A stretch of DNA of 64,000 nucleotides, taken from NCBI GenBank assembly GCA_951406725.2, contig OX597815.1:45508001-45572000 (forward strand). Reading direction: 5' to 3'. This DNA comes from Octopus vulgaris. Its lineage: Eukaryota. The notes below the pieces were generated by a model. The model made no database searches. It was not told the DNA's origin and worked only from the letters and a program-made list of their open reading frames with translations. Within the stretch, counting starts at the first letter, position 1. Each line of letters starts with the position of its first letter. A program made the translations under genes and the position numbers. Shown piece by piece: positions 49,721 to 62,835 of the stretch.

Positions 49721-50302
49721 TTATTAATATTTTCCGAGATGACATATTTTGCTTTTACGAGATATTCGTGATACCACGAAAATAACTGCCAAAAGTATTA
49801 CGAGGCAGTTATGTAATACATGGTAGGCAGTTAAAAAACAATCATCTATTTTTGGGTGACTAGAAGCTGTTTGCAGAGTATATTATACTAATACACTTCG
49901 AATTTGGGATTAAAAACGCATGAAATTTTGATAATGAATCAATGGAAAATTTCCACAAGAAAATTTATTGGAAAGAAAATCTTGAAACAAATTGCTATAG
50001 TAGTTTATAAGTACTTAGATACGATAAAATTACATGGGAATATTTGAAAAAAATTGAAACTACTACGTAATCAAAGTTAAAGAAGAAAGAAGATAAGTTA
50101 TAAAACACTTAATCACATCTCTTTCCCCCTATAATGGAAAAATCCTCATATGGAACTAGAGGGGTTGGATTGAGATAGTGCGATATGAAAATGCAAAAAT
50201 AGCATCAATATGAAAATAGAGATGGCCCTGTGCCTATACAAGAAATCAAATGAAAGGATTAATTATTTTATTTTTTAATAGTTATTTCTAATATATATTT
50301 AA

Positions 50303-51155
50303 CTAACAATGCACCCCGGCGTTGCCCGGGTGTTATGACCTACAACCATATTGTCTTATTCGAGGAGTGTGAAGCAAACAACTCTTCTTTATAAACATGT
50401 TTTTCGGTAATTTTGTGATGAACAAAGCTGAAATTGTTGACACCAAAGACATGAAGAATGGCAGTTTAGATTAGAATGAAATCCTAACATTGCCCCCAAA
50501 TTGACCTAGAGTTACGGATGTTAAGAATTGGATGACGTATGAGGACGTAAAGGAATCCGTATTGCAGAAAATAAGGTACATGGAAAGAAAGCTGCTACAT
50601 TGTGAATGTTTGGGCAGACTGCACACCTCAACATATGTTAAGTGAAGCCGACAATGCTTCTGGGTAAACTATGCTTTGCGTAAGTCCAGTGTTGGTAGAA
50701 TAAATATACAGGTCATCTGCAGTGCTATCTCTGTCTTTGTGTGTGTCTGCCTCTGTCTTTAGATGTGTGAGTGTGTGTATGTGTGTGTGTGTAGGCGTGT
50801 GTGTCAGTCGTCACAAAATGTATGTATACTGATAGACACATACACCGTCACACACATATACTTGTCAGTCATCAACCTAACGTACGTAACGAACACGCGG
50901 ACTCTTTCATATAGAAATGTGACGTCATCGTCGTTGTGGTGGTGGTATAAAATGTCATTTACGATAGGTAACTAACAGAAAAATTATAATGTTAAATTTT
51001 TGTAATGCAAATATGTGAATGAAAATATAGTTTAGTTGGTAGCTGAAAGTTTACTGAACTTTTTGATACCCCATACGTCAAAATCGTCAACTCGCTTTGG
51101 AATGTATAAGGAACATACGCACGCGCTCGCACACACACACACATTTTTATATAGA
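50303..51155 (-). mobile_element. Non-autonomous Helitron
   Basis: Minus-strand TCtatataaaaatgtgtg start; cccgggcaacgccggggtgcattgTTAG|T end. Confidence 0.75.
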
Positions 51156-51589
51156 CAAGCTGAAGTACCCGGCGTTGCCCGTGTTAATGACTCAGAGAAT
51201 TAACAGTAACATCGCAAAGCTCTTTATCTAACTTATAGTAAATATTTTCAAAGAAAAAAACACTCAATGAAATTTAGGACTAAGAACACTTTGTAGACCT
51301 TTTTATTTTTCTTCTTTTAAGAATATAGTTTGATATCCACGTTCCAAACATAAGCAAGTTCAATTCTGTAAAAATTTGTACAAAAATTCAAATCTTTTGA
51401 ATCACTTTTCTATTTCTGTTTGAACTAACCCTTACCCTAACTCAAAATTGTAATCCTAAATACTAACACGAAACCTTAACGTTGAATGTTAACCCTCAGC
51501 CCTTACCTTAAAACTAAACTCAAGATCCTAATTTTATCCCTAAAATCTAAACTATAATACTAACCCTAATATTAAATCCTAAAGTCCGC

Positions 51590-52500
51590 AGTTGATAGTC
51601 TGCAGTTGAAGTATATTCTAAAGCATACTGAAAGCTTCTCACATAAGAATTATTTTCGTGAAGCATTTCTTGCAGCTTAAAAATAAGTTCTAACCTTGTA
51701 CCCGGACAATTCTTGTTGAGACACTGTGCTTCCTTTTGAACGTTACCTATAAAATATATTTGTAAAAATTGTGTATCTTTATTCTGTAAAGGCAAAAGAG
51801 AGCTAATTCTGTGATAAATTTGACCTTGCAATTTAAAGTCGGCATAAACCCACTTACTCTAATAATTCTTGCCCCAAATGATGTAATTTAAAAGCACAAT
51901 TGTACGCTCGAATATTTTTAAGAAAGTGTTTTGATTTTGAAGTGGTACCCAAAATAGGATATTTTATAAGTCCTGGAGGCTCAATTATTTATAAATGGAC
52001 TTTACCTTTAGAACAACACATACCTAATGATACCTTGTTCCCACTTCCTAGCACCACATCTTTCACATGTTTTGCACATAGAGCCCAGGGAGACAATTTT
52101 TCAGATGCATAATTACGATTAGGATCATAATTAAATGTGTAGTGATCCTATACAACAGCGCGCGCGCGCAACGCCCTCTCGCGAATACACGAAGTCCGAA
52201 AGAGGGAATTTTGCTGACGTGGCCTTAGCTGACGTGGCCTTGCTGACGTGGCCTTGCTGACGTGGCCTTAGCAAGGGAGCGCGAGCCTTAACAAAGAGGC
52301 AAGGGAGCGTGAGCCTTAACAAAGAGGCAAGGGAGCGTAAAGCGTTGACCATTAGCGTCCGACAGACAGCGGCAGGCTTTTCATAGAAGCAGACGTTTAA
52401 TTCGTTTTCTCTCCGGTTTTGATAGCAGCAGTCTTTTGGCCGAAGACTTTTAACCTGAATTGTTGCAGACATCATCTTCTTCCTCCGGACGCCATTTTGA
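51590..52500 (-). pseudogene. Helitron RepHel N-terminal fragment (repeats, zinc finger, pre-Rep motif)
   Basis: SLGSMCKTCERCGARKW..GMCCSKGKVHL zinc finger (frameshifted) and QGQIYHRISSLLP..QFLQIYFIG; 15- and ~29-bp tandem repeats at 52213-52340. Confidence 0.85.
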
Positions 52501-53169
52501 CCCGTTCTGTTTTTAGCGGCTGAACATTGTAAATATTACAATCGATTAACTTTCAGCCTTGCGCGCCCAGAACCAAGGACATCAGATATACCACTGATTT
52601 CTCACCGGTATAAAACAATAAAGTATATCTATTTTTTACGTCTGCGTTTTGTGTTTCTTTGACTGGTAGAGTCTGGATATAAAAGCAACGGAAAGGGATT
52701 GCACCAACTTGCACCCCAAAAGTGCAAGAGGAGATATTCACATATTCCTTACAAATGCTACACATTGTCATTGAAATCGTCTATACTTTTTCTGTTGGTT
52801 TTCTCTGGAAAGCTTTCTCCTTTTTAGTCGTATTTTTCGGTTGCTTTCACTTTCTTGTTTTCTATTTATTCTACCTTTTTCTCTCCTTTTTTTGCAATCG
52901 TATTTCTTTGTTTTTATATATTCTCTTGTACTTTTTTATTTCTATAATTGTCCTTCTTTCTCTGCAATCTTATTTCCCTACCTTTATCACCTTCTTGTTC
53001 TCTTGTCCTCCTCTCATATTCCCTCATTTTTTGCCACCTAACTTTCCGATGGTTATTACTTTCTTCTACAATTTTCATATTAAGTGTTTGATTTCTCATT
53101 CTTTTGTCCTTTTTACTGTCTTGTGATATTTCATTTCCTTCTTCACTTCTTTCATGCTCATTATTATTT

Positions 53170-53540
53170 ATGGGAAAAAGAGCACCGTAGTGGCCCTTAT
53201 CAATTTCGCCACTTTATAACACTGAAATCTTCCTTTCTGTAACTGTTCGACTGCAAATGGTGAACAGTGGAAGAATAATTTCATCGTCATTTTTGTAATG
53301 AACCTGAATTACAACGTTGTACAATTCACTAATGGCAGCTAATTCAACATTTCTGCTGTATGTTCCATCCCTAATCATGTATGCTTGGTATTCCTGCATT
53401 GTACTATTAAGAGTAAAAGAATGAAAATACTTCCAATTCTTGCATATGTATCGTACGGACTCTTCCTGGAGAGTTCGGTAATTTCTATTGTTTTTGAGCA
53501 AGAGTGACACAGCTCTGAACAAACAGTTGCCATCGCCCAT
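53170..53540 (-). pseudogene. OTU-like cysteine protease domain
   Basis: GDGNCLFRAVS (catalytic Cys), VELAAISELY, and GEIDKGHY (catalytic His) after one in-frame TAA. Confidence 0.88.
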
Positions 53541-53949
53541 GATTTTATTAAAGGAGTGAATTAATAAATTAATGTAATTGTTGAATATTTTTCAATAAAT
53601 TCAGTAAGGGACTTCACCTTCAGTTTAAACTTTAGACGGTTTTGCGAACAGAACGTGACGGAAAATAACAACACAAAAGGGATGAGATACTAAATGATAG
53701 AAATTTCCCCTTTAGAAATCTGTCATTCTATCTTTGCGATAGATGAATGAGTGGTTATAATTTTGTAAATTATATAAACGAAATTAATAAGGTACTTCAC
53801 CCTCAATGTTGACTTGAAACGTCGTCTTCGTGAAAAGAAAAGTGAATTGGCTCTAAGTATTTAGCAGACGATAACTTCTTTATCGTCAGTTCATAAAAAA
53901 AGGATTACTTCGGTTATTTCCGGATAATTTCGGTTTGTGTGTATGTGTG

Positions 53950-53957
<8 letters not shown>

Positions 53958-54024
<67 letters not shown>

Positions 54025-54100
54025 CAGAGACAGACAGACAAACAAACTGGGAGGGAGAGACATAGGGAAAGAGAGCGAGAGACAGAGAGAAAGAGACGCA
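53958..54100. repeat. (GA)n microsatellite
   Basis: Direct observation. Confidence 0.9.
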
Positions 54101-55799
54101 AGTGAGAAAGATTGAAAGCACGCGCGTGTGCATCTCTGAATGACAACTGTAGTAATGTTACTCCATATTTGTCGCTTACACAACTCTGTCCTCCCCTTCT
54201 CTGATATCTATCAGTCACACTCTCGACGCCACTATGTTTCCTCTCATACTATCGCTCTTGCACCCTTCCCATTTTATCAAATGATAGCCCAACTTACCAC
54301 TCCGATTTTACAAGTTACTAGCAAACGCCCTCCCTCCATTGGACGGTTTGTATAGGTGAAGAGGGTTAACTTGGACGGTGTTAAGTTGTGGAAATGTTTG
54401 GTGATTGTATGGGGTTGTTACTTTTGGTTAGGGCTTTAAAAATTCCTGAGACGTTAAAACTGTTGATTGTTTCTTCTAAATAAGGAAAATTGACTGTTAG
54501 TGAATCTTAACACTGTGAACCATTTCAAAATTGTCATAAGGCCAATAAAATGAAGGAAAGCTGCTCAGCCCACAATATATACAACTTCCAGTGGAATCGG
54601 ACATCATAATTAATCTTAAACTTTTTGCACTCAAACACTTTCACATTAGGATAAGCACAATGTACTCTTCCATAGTACATACCTCATGTTGACACCTATA
54701 CATCAGACTGAACACTGTTTTATCTCCTAAGTGAATATTGCAAGTGATATTTAAGCAATAAACAGTTCTTTGGTTTTTGCATTTGACGACTGTTGCTTTA
54801 CGTATTTTATTTCGATTTTCACTGGTGTAGTGGTAAGAACTACGGGATAAGTAATATTAGTTTCGAATAAAAATATAAATGGAAGTTTTAATCACCCGAT
54901 GGACAGGCAAACAGAAGCTGCTACTCAATAAAGGCGCAAAACTGCTTAGGGAAGTCTCTCTTCTCTCAAAAGTTGACGCAAAAAGAGAAGAAACTCGGGG
55001 GTGAAATAACACAATGTGCAGTAAAATAACATAAGGCATGTTCTTTGCAAATCAGTTTTATTTCAAAAATTGAACAATACCGCTTATTTTTTTAAAGTTG
55101 GATGAGAAACGCTAGGCAAGGTTTTAGATGTAACCCCCCAAATTTTTCACGTTTTATAAGCAATCAATTAGTCTTTTCTACTTTCAATTGAATTTTGTTG
55201 AGAATATCTTCAGAAAATTGAGTAATCACTAGTTATTTATTTGCATTATTTTCACTTTTCCTGCCTTTTCCTAGTAGTTTTTCATGTCAGCTGGTGTATT
55301 GCACGAAAATCAGCCATAAGAACATATTTGACCGCGAATTCACGTGGTTGATTACAGTTAATTAGAGTGATATCAATTTTTTAGCCGCTTACAAATGTGT
55401 TAAAATAGAAATGAATACAATTGTTTGTAGTTTAATATCTAAATCAAAATGAGACTGTATTTACAAATAGCAAGCTTTATTTACATATATCTGTCATTTA
55501 AATGTGAAAACGTAGAAAAGAATTGTTTAGAACATCGGTTAATGAACAGGATGGCGGAAGAAACAGGACAAAAAGATTACAAAAATAGCAATTCTCTCTT
55601 TGAAACTGACAATTTTGAAAATATTTTTAGATTACGGAATGTCCCGCTTTCTCATGTATCCATGTTTAAAATTTCAGCGCGATCGGACGAACAATACTCG
55701 AGTTATAAGTGCACAAAAAACAGACAGACAGAACGGTATTTATATATTAGATAAGATAAGATATAAGATAAATATTTTTAATGTTTATTTTTTGGTTTT

Positions 55800-56331
55800 G
55801 CAGAACAAACATCAACTTCCATACAGAATAACAATTATATAAAATGTGGGTAGAAAAAGGCGAGAGATCACTGTTTGTCCGTCAGGGCAACGAAGTGATG
55901 ATTGTCTTGCACGGTGACTTTGTTGTCTCACCTCATTGGTTCCCTGATACCCACAAATGAACAACCACAGTTCCTCCATATTTACTTTATGAGTGATGTA
56001 GGACAACAAACTCGAAGGAGATGTCAAAACCTCGGACGATGGGTCGTGTTAGACACAGGGCCGACAGCCGCAAAGGAGAGTATATCCACTGATAGCTTTT
56101 CGGTGTGTTCAAAACTCACATACCCCTACCCCCAATGTTCCATGACAGGTTACGGCTTGGAATACTCCAAACAGACGCATGGCACGTCGCTTAGTCGAAT
56201 TAGCCCATCATTTATTCCACAAATGTTCTGTCGTCAATGCTGCGTTTTCCCGCATCACTTGTTTCAACATAACTGTAATATATACAAACTATGCCATTTT
56301 AAACCCGAGCAACGCCGGGTATCTCTGCTAG
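55800..56331 (+). mobile_element. Helitron remnant with RepHel scraps
   Basis: HLIGSLIPTNEQPQFLHIYF motif; 3' cccgagcaacgccgggtatctctgCTAG|T. 5' boundary not resolved. Confidence 0.75.
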
Positions 56332-56479
56332 TTTTTAATAAAGGCATTAAATTAAATGCAACGGATATTTTTACATATGTATGATGCTGCAGATTGCGCC
56401 TAAAGGAAAACGGAAAATAGGCGTTTAGACTCATAGAACAAATTTCTCTTTATATTCTTATATCAGTGACAAGAAAAAT

Positions 56480-57026
56480 ACAGTAATACCTCACTTTACG
56501 AGACTCCGGGTTTACGAGTTGAATTGTTTTAGCACAAGATGCAAATTTTGAACGAAGTCCAAACGTTTCTACTACCATAACCATTGCTTCTGCGTATTAC
56601 CGAGAAACTTATAGATAGCGAAAGAAAGTTTCTTCTAAGCAAACAACTTTAGAGTTGTTTTTTTAAAAAGAAATCTACAAGCCTGTCTACGAGTGCTTGT
56701 GAATCGGCGATTGCATCTACAAGTAATAGTATCCGCGATCCTAGCGCGAGTGAAAGTGATTCAGAAAACGATTATAATAATTATATTTTTATTATAAATG
56801 ATCTTGACATTCCTTTAACTCTACATAAAATATTCTTTACATTCTACTGTTGTTGTATTGCCATTTATTTACGAGTATTATAAATTTTATAGGTAAAATA
56901 TTTTTCTGGGAACAAATTACGATTTATAACATAGCTATTATGGTAAATTATTACTCTGCTTTACGAGTTGTAGCTTTACGATCGGTCTCCGGGAACAGAT
57001 TAACTCGTATATCGAGGCATTGCTGT
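56480..57026. mobile_element. Tigger/pogo-like MITE
   Basis: TA-cagtaatacctcactttacgag ... ctcgtatatcgaggcattgctg-TA. Confidence 0.8.
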
Positions 57027-57171
57027 ATATCAGTTTCAGAAGGCAGGACTTTTTGCTATTTTCAAAGGCGACGCAGAAAAATAATGGTTGCAAGGACACA
57101 ACTATAAAATTAGATTCTGACAACATTTCTCAAACCACACCTTGAGGTTGTTTTGAAATTGTGGAAAATGC

Positions 57172-57218
<47 letters not shown>

Positions 57219-57459
57219 ATATATATTCTACGTACCACTAGAAAAGCATGTCGTTCACTGGATCTATTCCAAGTGATACAAAAATTATTGTAAACAAAAA
57301 CATTTGTGAATAACGTTAATAAGCTATGTTGGCTAAATGTTACAATGTCCGCAAATGACTCCTACAAGACGATCAGGTGAAATCGGTGTTTCTCTACTGT
57401 GAGTGCTCTAAGGCAACGGTTCTTAATGTTATTTTGCAGCAAAACAATAAAATGCATTA

Positions 57460-57765
57460 TATGGAATATTCGGCTCACAATCGTAAGGTTGTGAGTTCAA
57501 TTCTCGGCGACACGTTGTGTCCTAGAGCAAGACACTGTATTTCACGTTACACCAGTCCATTCAGCTGGCAAAAAATGAGTAGTACCTGTATTTCAAAGGC
57601 CCAGTCTTGTCACACTCTGTGTCATGCTTAATCTCCTCGAGAACTGCATTAAAGATTCACGTGTCCGTGGAGTGCTCAACCACTTGCACGCTAATTTCAT
57701 GAGCAGGCTGTTCCGTTAATCGACTCAGCTGCGACCCACGTCGTCGTAACCGATGGAGTGCTCTT
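57460..57765 (+). mobile_element. SINE family C
   Basis: B box gagttcaattctc, core gtgtcctagagcaagacact...tcagctggc, tail gtcgtcgtaaccgatggagtgc. Confidence 0.85.
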
Positions 57766-57952
57766 TTATATATAAATAAATAAATAAATAAATAAATAAA
57801 TATATATATATATATATATATTAGAAAAAAATAAGGTACTCAGAGATCCGGATGGTTGTACATATACTGATTTTTATTAATATGTCACATGTTTTTATAA
57901 ATCATATAATAGCGCTCGCATCTACTCTAGCAGATTCTTCGTGAGAGAGAGA

Positions 57953-57953
<1 letters not shown>

Positions 57954-58033
<80 letters not shown>

Positions 58034-58545
58034 TGTGTGTGTGTGTCTGTCTGTCTGTGTATCTGAAAGGAGTGTCAATGGAAAAGAGTAGGAAAGAAAG
58101 GAAGAGAGAAAGAAGAAAAAATGTGTTTACATCTATACAGCTGGTCAGTTCTTTCAATAGAAAGTGATGAGTTGATTCTTGGCCTTTAAAATGGCAAAAC
58201 AAGGTGGCTACTCAAAGTGGGGTCTTGTTTTGAAAAAAGTTATTTTTCAAAAAATTGTCTTGATTTATTATCATCGTCATCATCATTGTCCAGTGAGAGT
58301 GTGTGTGTGTTTTGTTGTGTGTGTGTGTATGTGTGCGTGTGTGTGTGTGTGCCTGTGTATCTGAAAGGAGTGTCAATGGAAAAGAGAAGGAAAGAAAGAA
58401 GGAAGAAAGGAAAAAGAAAAAAATTGTGTTTACATCTATACAGCTAATCAGTTCTTTCAATAGAAGATAACAAGTTGGTTAATAAAAGTTATTTTTCAAA
58501 AAATTGTCTGGATTTGTTATCATCATCATCATCATCATTGTCCAA
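57954..58545. repeat. (GT)n plus local duplication of ~250-bp unit
   Basis: gtgtatctgaaaggagtgtcaatggaaaagag...tttacatctatacagct...aaaagttatttttcaaaaaattgtct occurs at about 58057-58292 and 58355-58543. Confidence 0.85.
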
Positions 58546-58654
58546 TGTTTGATTCCCGTGCTGGTATGGGTTGGAAAATCTGGATTTAAATTGTTTCTAT
58601 TTATGTATATGTACAAATGTGTAGTACTGTGTGTGTGTGTGTATGCGTGTGTGC

Positions 58655-58685
<31 letters not shown>

Positions 58686-58804
58686 TGTGTGCGTGTGTGT
58701 GTGTATGTGTGTGTGTTTAATACAAAATTACAGTTTACTTTACAAAATTGGTCCTTCATCCAGTACAAATCATTACAGAAATAGTGATATTTCACCAGTC
58801 ACAG

Positions 58805-58850
<46 letters not shown>

Positions 58851-58852
<2 letters not shown>

Positions 58853-59723
58853 AAAGGAATGAAGATAAGGAACAATTCTTTACAAAAATGAAGATATTAG
58901 GATAGGCAATAATGTACAAGGGAAAGTGTCTTGTGAAGGAGCTCAATGAAACAGATATGCATACAATTTCTTGTACATTATGAGGACATTATTATACAGA
59001 CTAAGCTAATGGTTCTAGATGGGTTTATAGGGAAGTTGCTGTGATTTTCATATTTTCAACCATTCAGTTTGGAGGAGAACTTTGTTATGGAGTATTGTTC
59101 CATATTTTTTTCTGAAGAAGGTATCATTTATTGGGCATTTATAGAAAGGAAAGATCTTAATTTTTCCTTCTCCACATGTTTCTAAGTGTTTACTCAGTGG
59201 AATCTTTCACAGTTCCTCCCGTCGGACATGTTGTCGGTGAATTTTGGCTCGTTGGCATAAAGAATTTCCAGTTTCGCCTATATAATTCTCCTTGCATGTG
59301 GGGCAGGTAAAGCAGTATATTACATTCTGCGTCTTGCAATTCATGTCTGCATTTACTTTGAATGTGTGACCACTCTTAAATTTTATTTGTTTGTTTCCCT
59401 CCATATATTTGTAGATGGGGTTACTGCAGATCCCACATCTGCCATCTCCACACTCTTTTACAAAGAATTCGGTTTTATTCTCTGATGAGAATTTTGCTCT
59501 TGTTAGTTGTTTCTTCAGGTTTTTCTCTTGGCGTTTACTGTTTTTTATGCAATATTTGTTTAATAGGTCTCCCATTTTGGGGCTTTGATAAGTTTGAATG
59601 TATAATTTGAAACATGTTGGTAACTCCAGGGTTGCGTGTGTTTATGAAAGGGATGATGTTTTCTTTGGTTTTTCGTTTTTGGAGTTCTGAATTGTATGAT
59701 GTCCAGTTTCATTGCTCTTGAGA

Positions 59724-59727
<4 letters not shown>
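58851..59727 (-). mobile_element. Penelope-like element 3' fragment with GIY-YIG endonuclease
   Basis: IIPFINTRNP, SKRQEKNLKKQLT, CGDGRCGIC, NCKTQNVIYCFTCPTCKENYIGET, IFPFYK; bounded by (TA)n and (GT)n. Confidence 0.9.
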
Positions 59728-59805
<78 letters not shown>

Positions 59806-60597
59806 TGTATATATGCACCAAATAAATAAGCGGAAGAAAAATATAAGTTGATATGGTCTTTATTTTATCGTTACAATGTAAGATACAACTTCATCGAGTT
59901 GTTGTACACAGATTATTTGCAATCTTGTCATCCATTCTGTAGGTGAGCGACTGCTAGAAAACAGATGGAAGAAGAAATGAGAAAGAGTAAAAGAATTTAC
60001 CACTCTGTGTTGACAAGCAGAGAGGGTGAAATTTGTGTAGTTCCTCGCATGAGGCACTTCATCCGCGGTGCTTAATGAAAAGAGGAAGAACTGAATTTGG
60101 GTACATGCTGGGAAGCTGAACGTAGGACAGAGAACAATGAAAGTAATAAGTTTATCACACTTAAGTTGTATTTAACCCATGAATGTTCACTTAAACAATG
60201 AAATTTAACTAAATTGACCCCCATAAATTTCTAAGTACTAATATCGAGAACAATAGGTAGAAAGTTGTAGAAAAATCTAGACTAAGATTTCTTGGCTAAG
60301 AATCTAGTAAACTATTCGCTACACACACACACACACAAACACACATGCGCGCGCGCGCGCACACACACACACAGGAAAATTAAGATAAACATAAGTATAA
60401 ATTATTAGCTCCTACGTACGTTTCACTATTGCAGTTATTTGGAATGCTCTAAGTGCATCTGAATGCACTGGATCATCAGGGAAACATTGTATTGCATTCT
60501 GTTACAGAGATCTTATATACATACATACATACATACATACATACATACATACATACATACATACATACATGCACACACACATGCACACATACATACA

Positions 60598-60891
60598 GAC
60601 ATGGCTTAGTGGTTAGGGTGTTGCACTTACGATTGCGAGATCGTCGGTTCGATTCCCAGACTGGGCGTTGCGTTGTGTTCTTGAACAAAGCACTTCATTT
60701 CACGTTGCTCTGCGATTATTTTGACATCTCACATGTGGTACCCGTTGCACCTGTACAGGTAATGTCGATCTGATGGAGGGAGCGAGCTTATGTCTACACA
60801 AACATTTGATCGCTATAAACAAATGATCTGTGTGGTGTTCGGTAAGAAATTGTTGAACCCTCATGCGTCGTCTAACGACAGGGGAGTACAC

Positions 60892-60892
<1 letters not shown>
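60598..60892 (+). mobile_element. tRNA-derived SINE related to family C
   Basis: A box tggcttagtggttaggg, B box ggttcgattccc, core gtgttcttgaacaaagcactt; sister copy at about 21995-22210. Confidence 0.85.
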
Positions 60893-60938
<46 letters not shown>

Positions 60939-61292
60939 GCGTGTGCGTGTGTGTGCGTATGTGTGTGTGTGTGTGTATTAAACTATTACGGCGAAGACTC
61001 GCAATGGAAAGCGAATGCTTTCTCATTAAATGTTATGTATTCACAAGCAGATACCTCTCAGCCTTCTCACTTTTGACTAGGGGTACGTCCATGATGTAAT
61101 CTGAAAGAATGAAAGGTAAGGTGACTACGGTAGGATTTGAACGCAGAGCACGAAGATTGCGAACAAATCTCTTGGTGCATTCAATCTGACGGTCTAAACG
61201 GTTCTGTCACTCGGTTACCTTATGTATGTATGTATGTATTTATGTATGTATGTATGTATGTATGTATGTATGTATGTATGTATGTATGTATG

Positions 61293-61320
<28 letters not shown>

Positions 61321-61323
<3 letters not shown>

Positions 61324-61850
61324 CCCAGTACAACCTGTTGCATGGTCGGGTCGTCGGCGACTAAACCGGCAACCCCACCAAGCTTGCTTGGTGAGGAGGG
61401 TGTTTATTGGACACCCTGCGGGATGAAAAACAAAACCCGTCAAAGGGCGGAGGAACTCTTGAGAGTCAACGGCCATCCAATAAATGTCTTAAGGCTGTAA
61501 CATAGAAATAATCGGACTGAATACCCGATCGCACAGTTAAACCATTGGGAGTGAAGGACTCCCAGCCTTTGTCAGGGCATCCTTCCAGGAGAAGGTAACT
61601 CAGGTAACGGGGATAACTCCGACATAAAACCTGCGGCTCAGTGGTTACCGATGATGTTGACTTGTTCTTCTTTTCGGGTTATGGCTGCTGTTGCTTAGTG
61701 AGTGGGATTGACTCAGTGCACAGCTTTTCCTCACTTTAAAAAAAAATCATCTTGCACAGGCATTGCACGATAACAACATTGATTAAGCTTCGTGCAATGG
61801 CCATACTCGATAACGAGGGGGCAGCCACCATCTATGTTTGTACACACTTT
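61321..61850 (+). mobile_element. Probable non-autonomous retroelement with RTE-like 5' UTR
   Basis: GC-richer block starting abruptly after (TATG)n; ggcatccttccaggagaaggtaactc...aaacc resembles RTE 5' UTR motifs; no ORF. Confidence 0.4.
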
Positions 61851-62313
61851 GTCTTAATTTTTAGTTTATTTTTATCCTGTCACCTTCCTGGTAGCAAGGT
61901 TGTAAAGAAAAGGAAATTATCATCATCTCTTGTGTCTTGTTCATCCTTTGAATCGTAAAAAACATTTTACAAATTTTGATGGTTCCAGATATACGGCCAT
62001 TTATAGTTTATGAATTAATGAGCTACTTTCTTTCTCCATAAATCCAAGTTAAATTTTACTTTGGTCCAGGCGAGTTTGTATATAATCTGTTACTTCAACA
62101 ACAACGGGTAAGAATCTGAACGTGTATCTAGGATACTGGATCGGCAAATTTCTCATCCCTGGCTCATAAGTATCTTCCTTCTCTTCTATCTTCTTGCCAC
62201 AGTGACTTCAATTGAACAGCTGATTTCTGTGATCATGTTTTTAATACATGGTCCCAGTTGTACATTAATTTGGTGGCAGATTTTATTTATATATATATAT
62301 GTATGTATGTATG

Positions 62314-62347
<34 letters not shown>

Positions 62348-62405
62348 TGTATGTATGTATGTATGTATGTATGTATGTATGTATGTATGTATGCATGTAT
62401 GTATG

Positions 62406-62835
62406 TCATTATTCAGTTTTATTTCAAGATTTCCTACCAATAGAGAGAAACCCGGTTTCTAACCTAGATCCAAGGCTCCTTCATTGGAATTTCAACAATT
62501 TCAACAGGATGTGTTTGTACATACGTATGTATACGTGCAGATTTGTATGTTTTGTTTTATGTATGTCTTCTCATGCACATACTTGCATATCTAGACATGC
62601 TCACATATACTTAAATGATAAACTTCTGGAAAGTTTTACAGATTTTTACAGTTCCAGTGATGGCTTGGATCTGAAATCTTCGAATTAACTTTCTCTTTTC
62701 TGATTTTGAGAAGCCTAATTTCTCAAGATTAGTATTTAGGCAGTATGTTACATATCCCAGTGCCCCAATAATTACAGGTATAAACCTGAACTTGTAATCT
62801 GGATAGAGTAACTGCAGATTTCTCAATAGTTCAGG
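62406..62835 (-). mobile_element. 3' end of R4/Dong-like RLE non-LTR retrotransposon
   Basis: RNLQLLYPDYKFRFIPVIIGALGYV...GTVKICKTF* RLE-type C-terminus; 3' UTR runs straight into (CATA)n. Confidence 0.7.

Larger units (their letters stand above)
51156..55751 (-). mobile_element. 4.6-kb internally deleted Helitron with OTU domain and RepHel N-terminus
   Basis: 5' TCtaatatataaataccgttctgtctgtctg; 3' cacgggcaacgccgggtacttcagCTTG; internal coding remnants listed separately. Confidence 0.75.

Noticed and set aside
59207-59209. In-frame TGA in the PLE GIY-YIG frame (REEL*KIPLSKH) as a possible selenocysteine
   Set aside because: The position is not an evident Cys site and a CGA>TGA change explains it. 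The fragment has other frameshifts and I found no SECIS.
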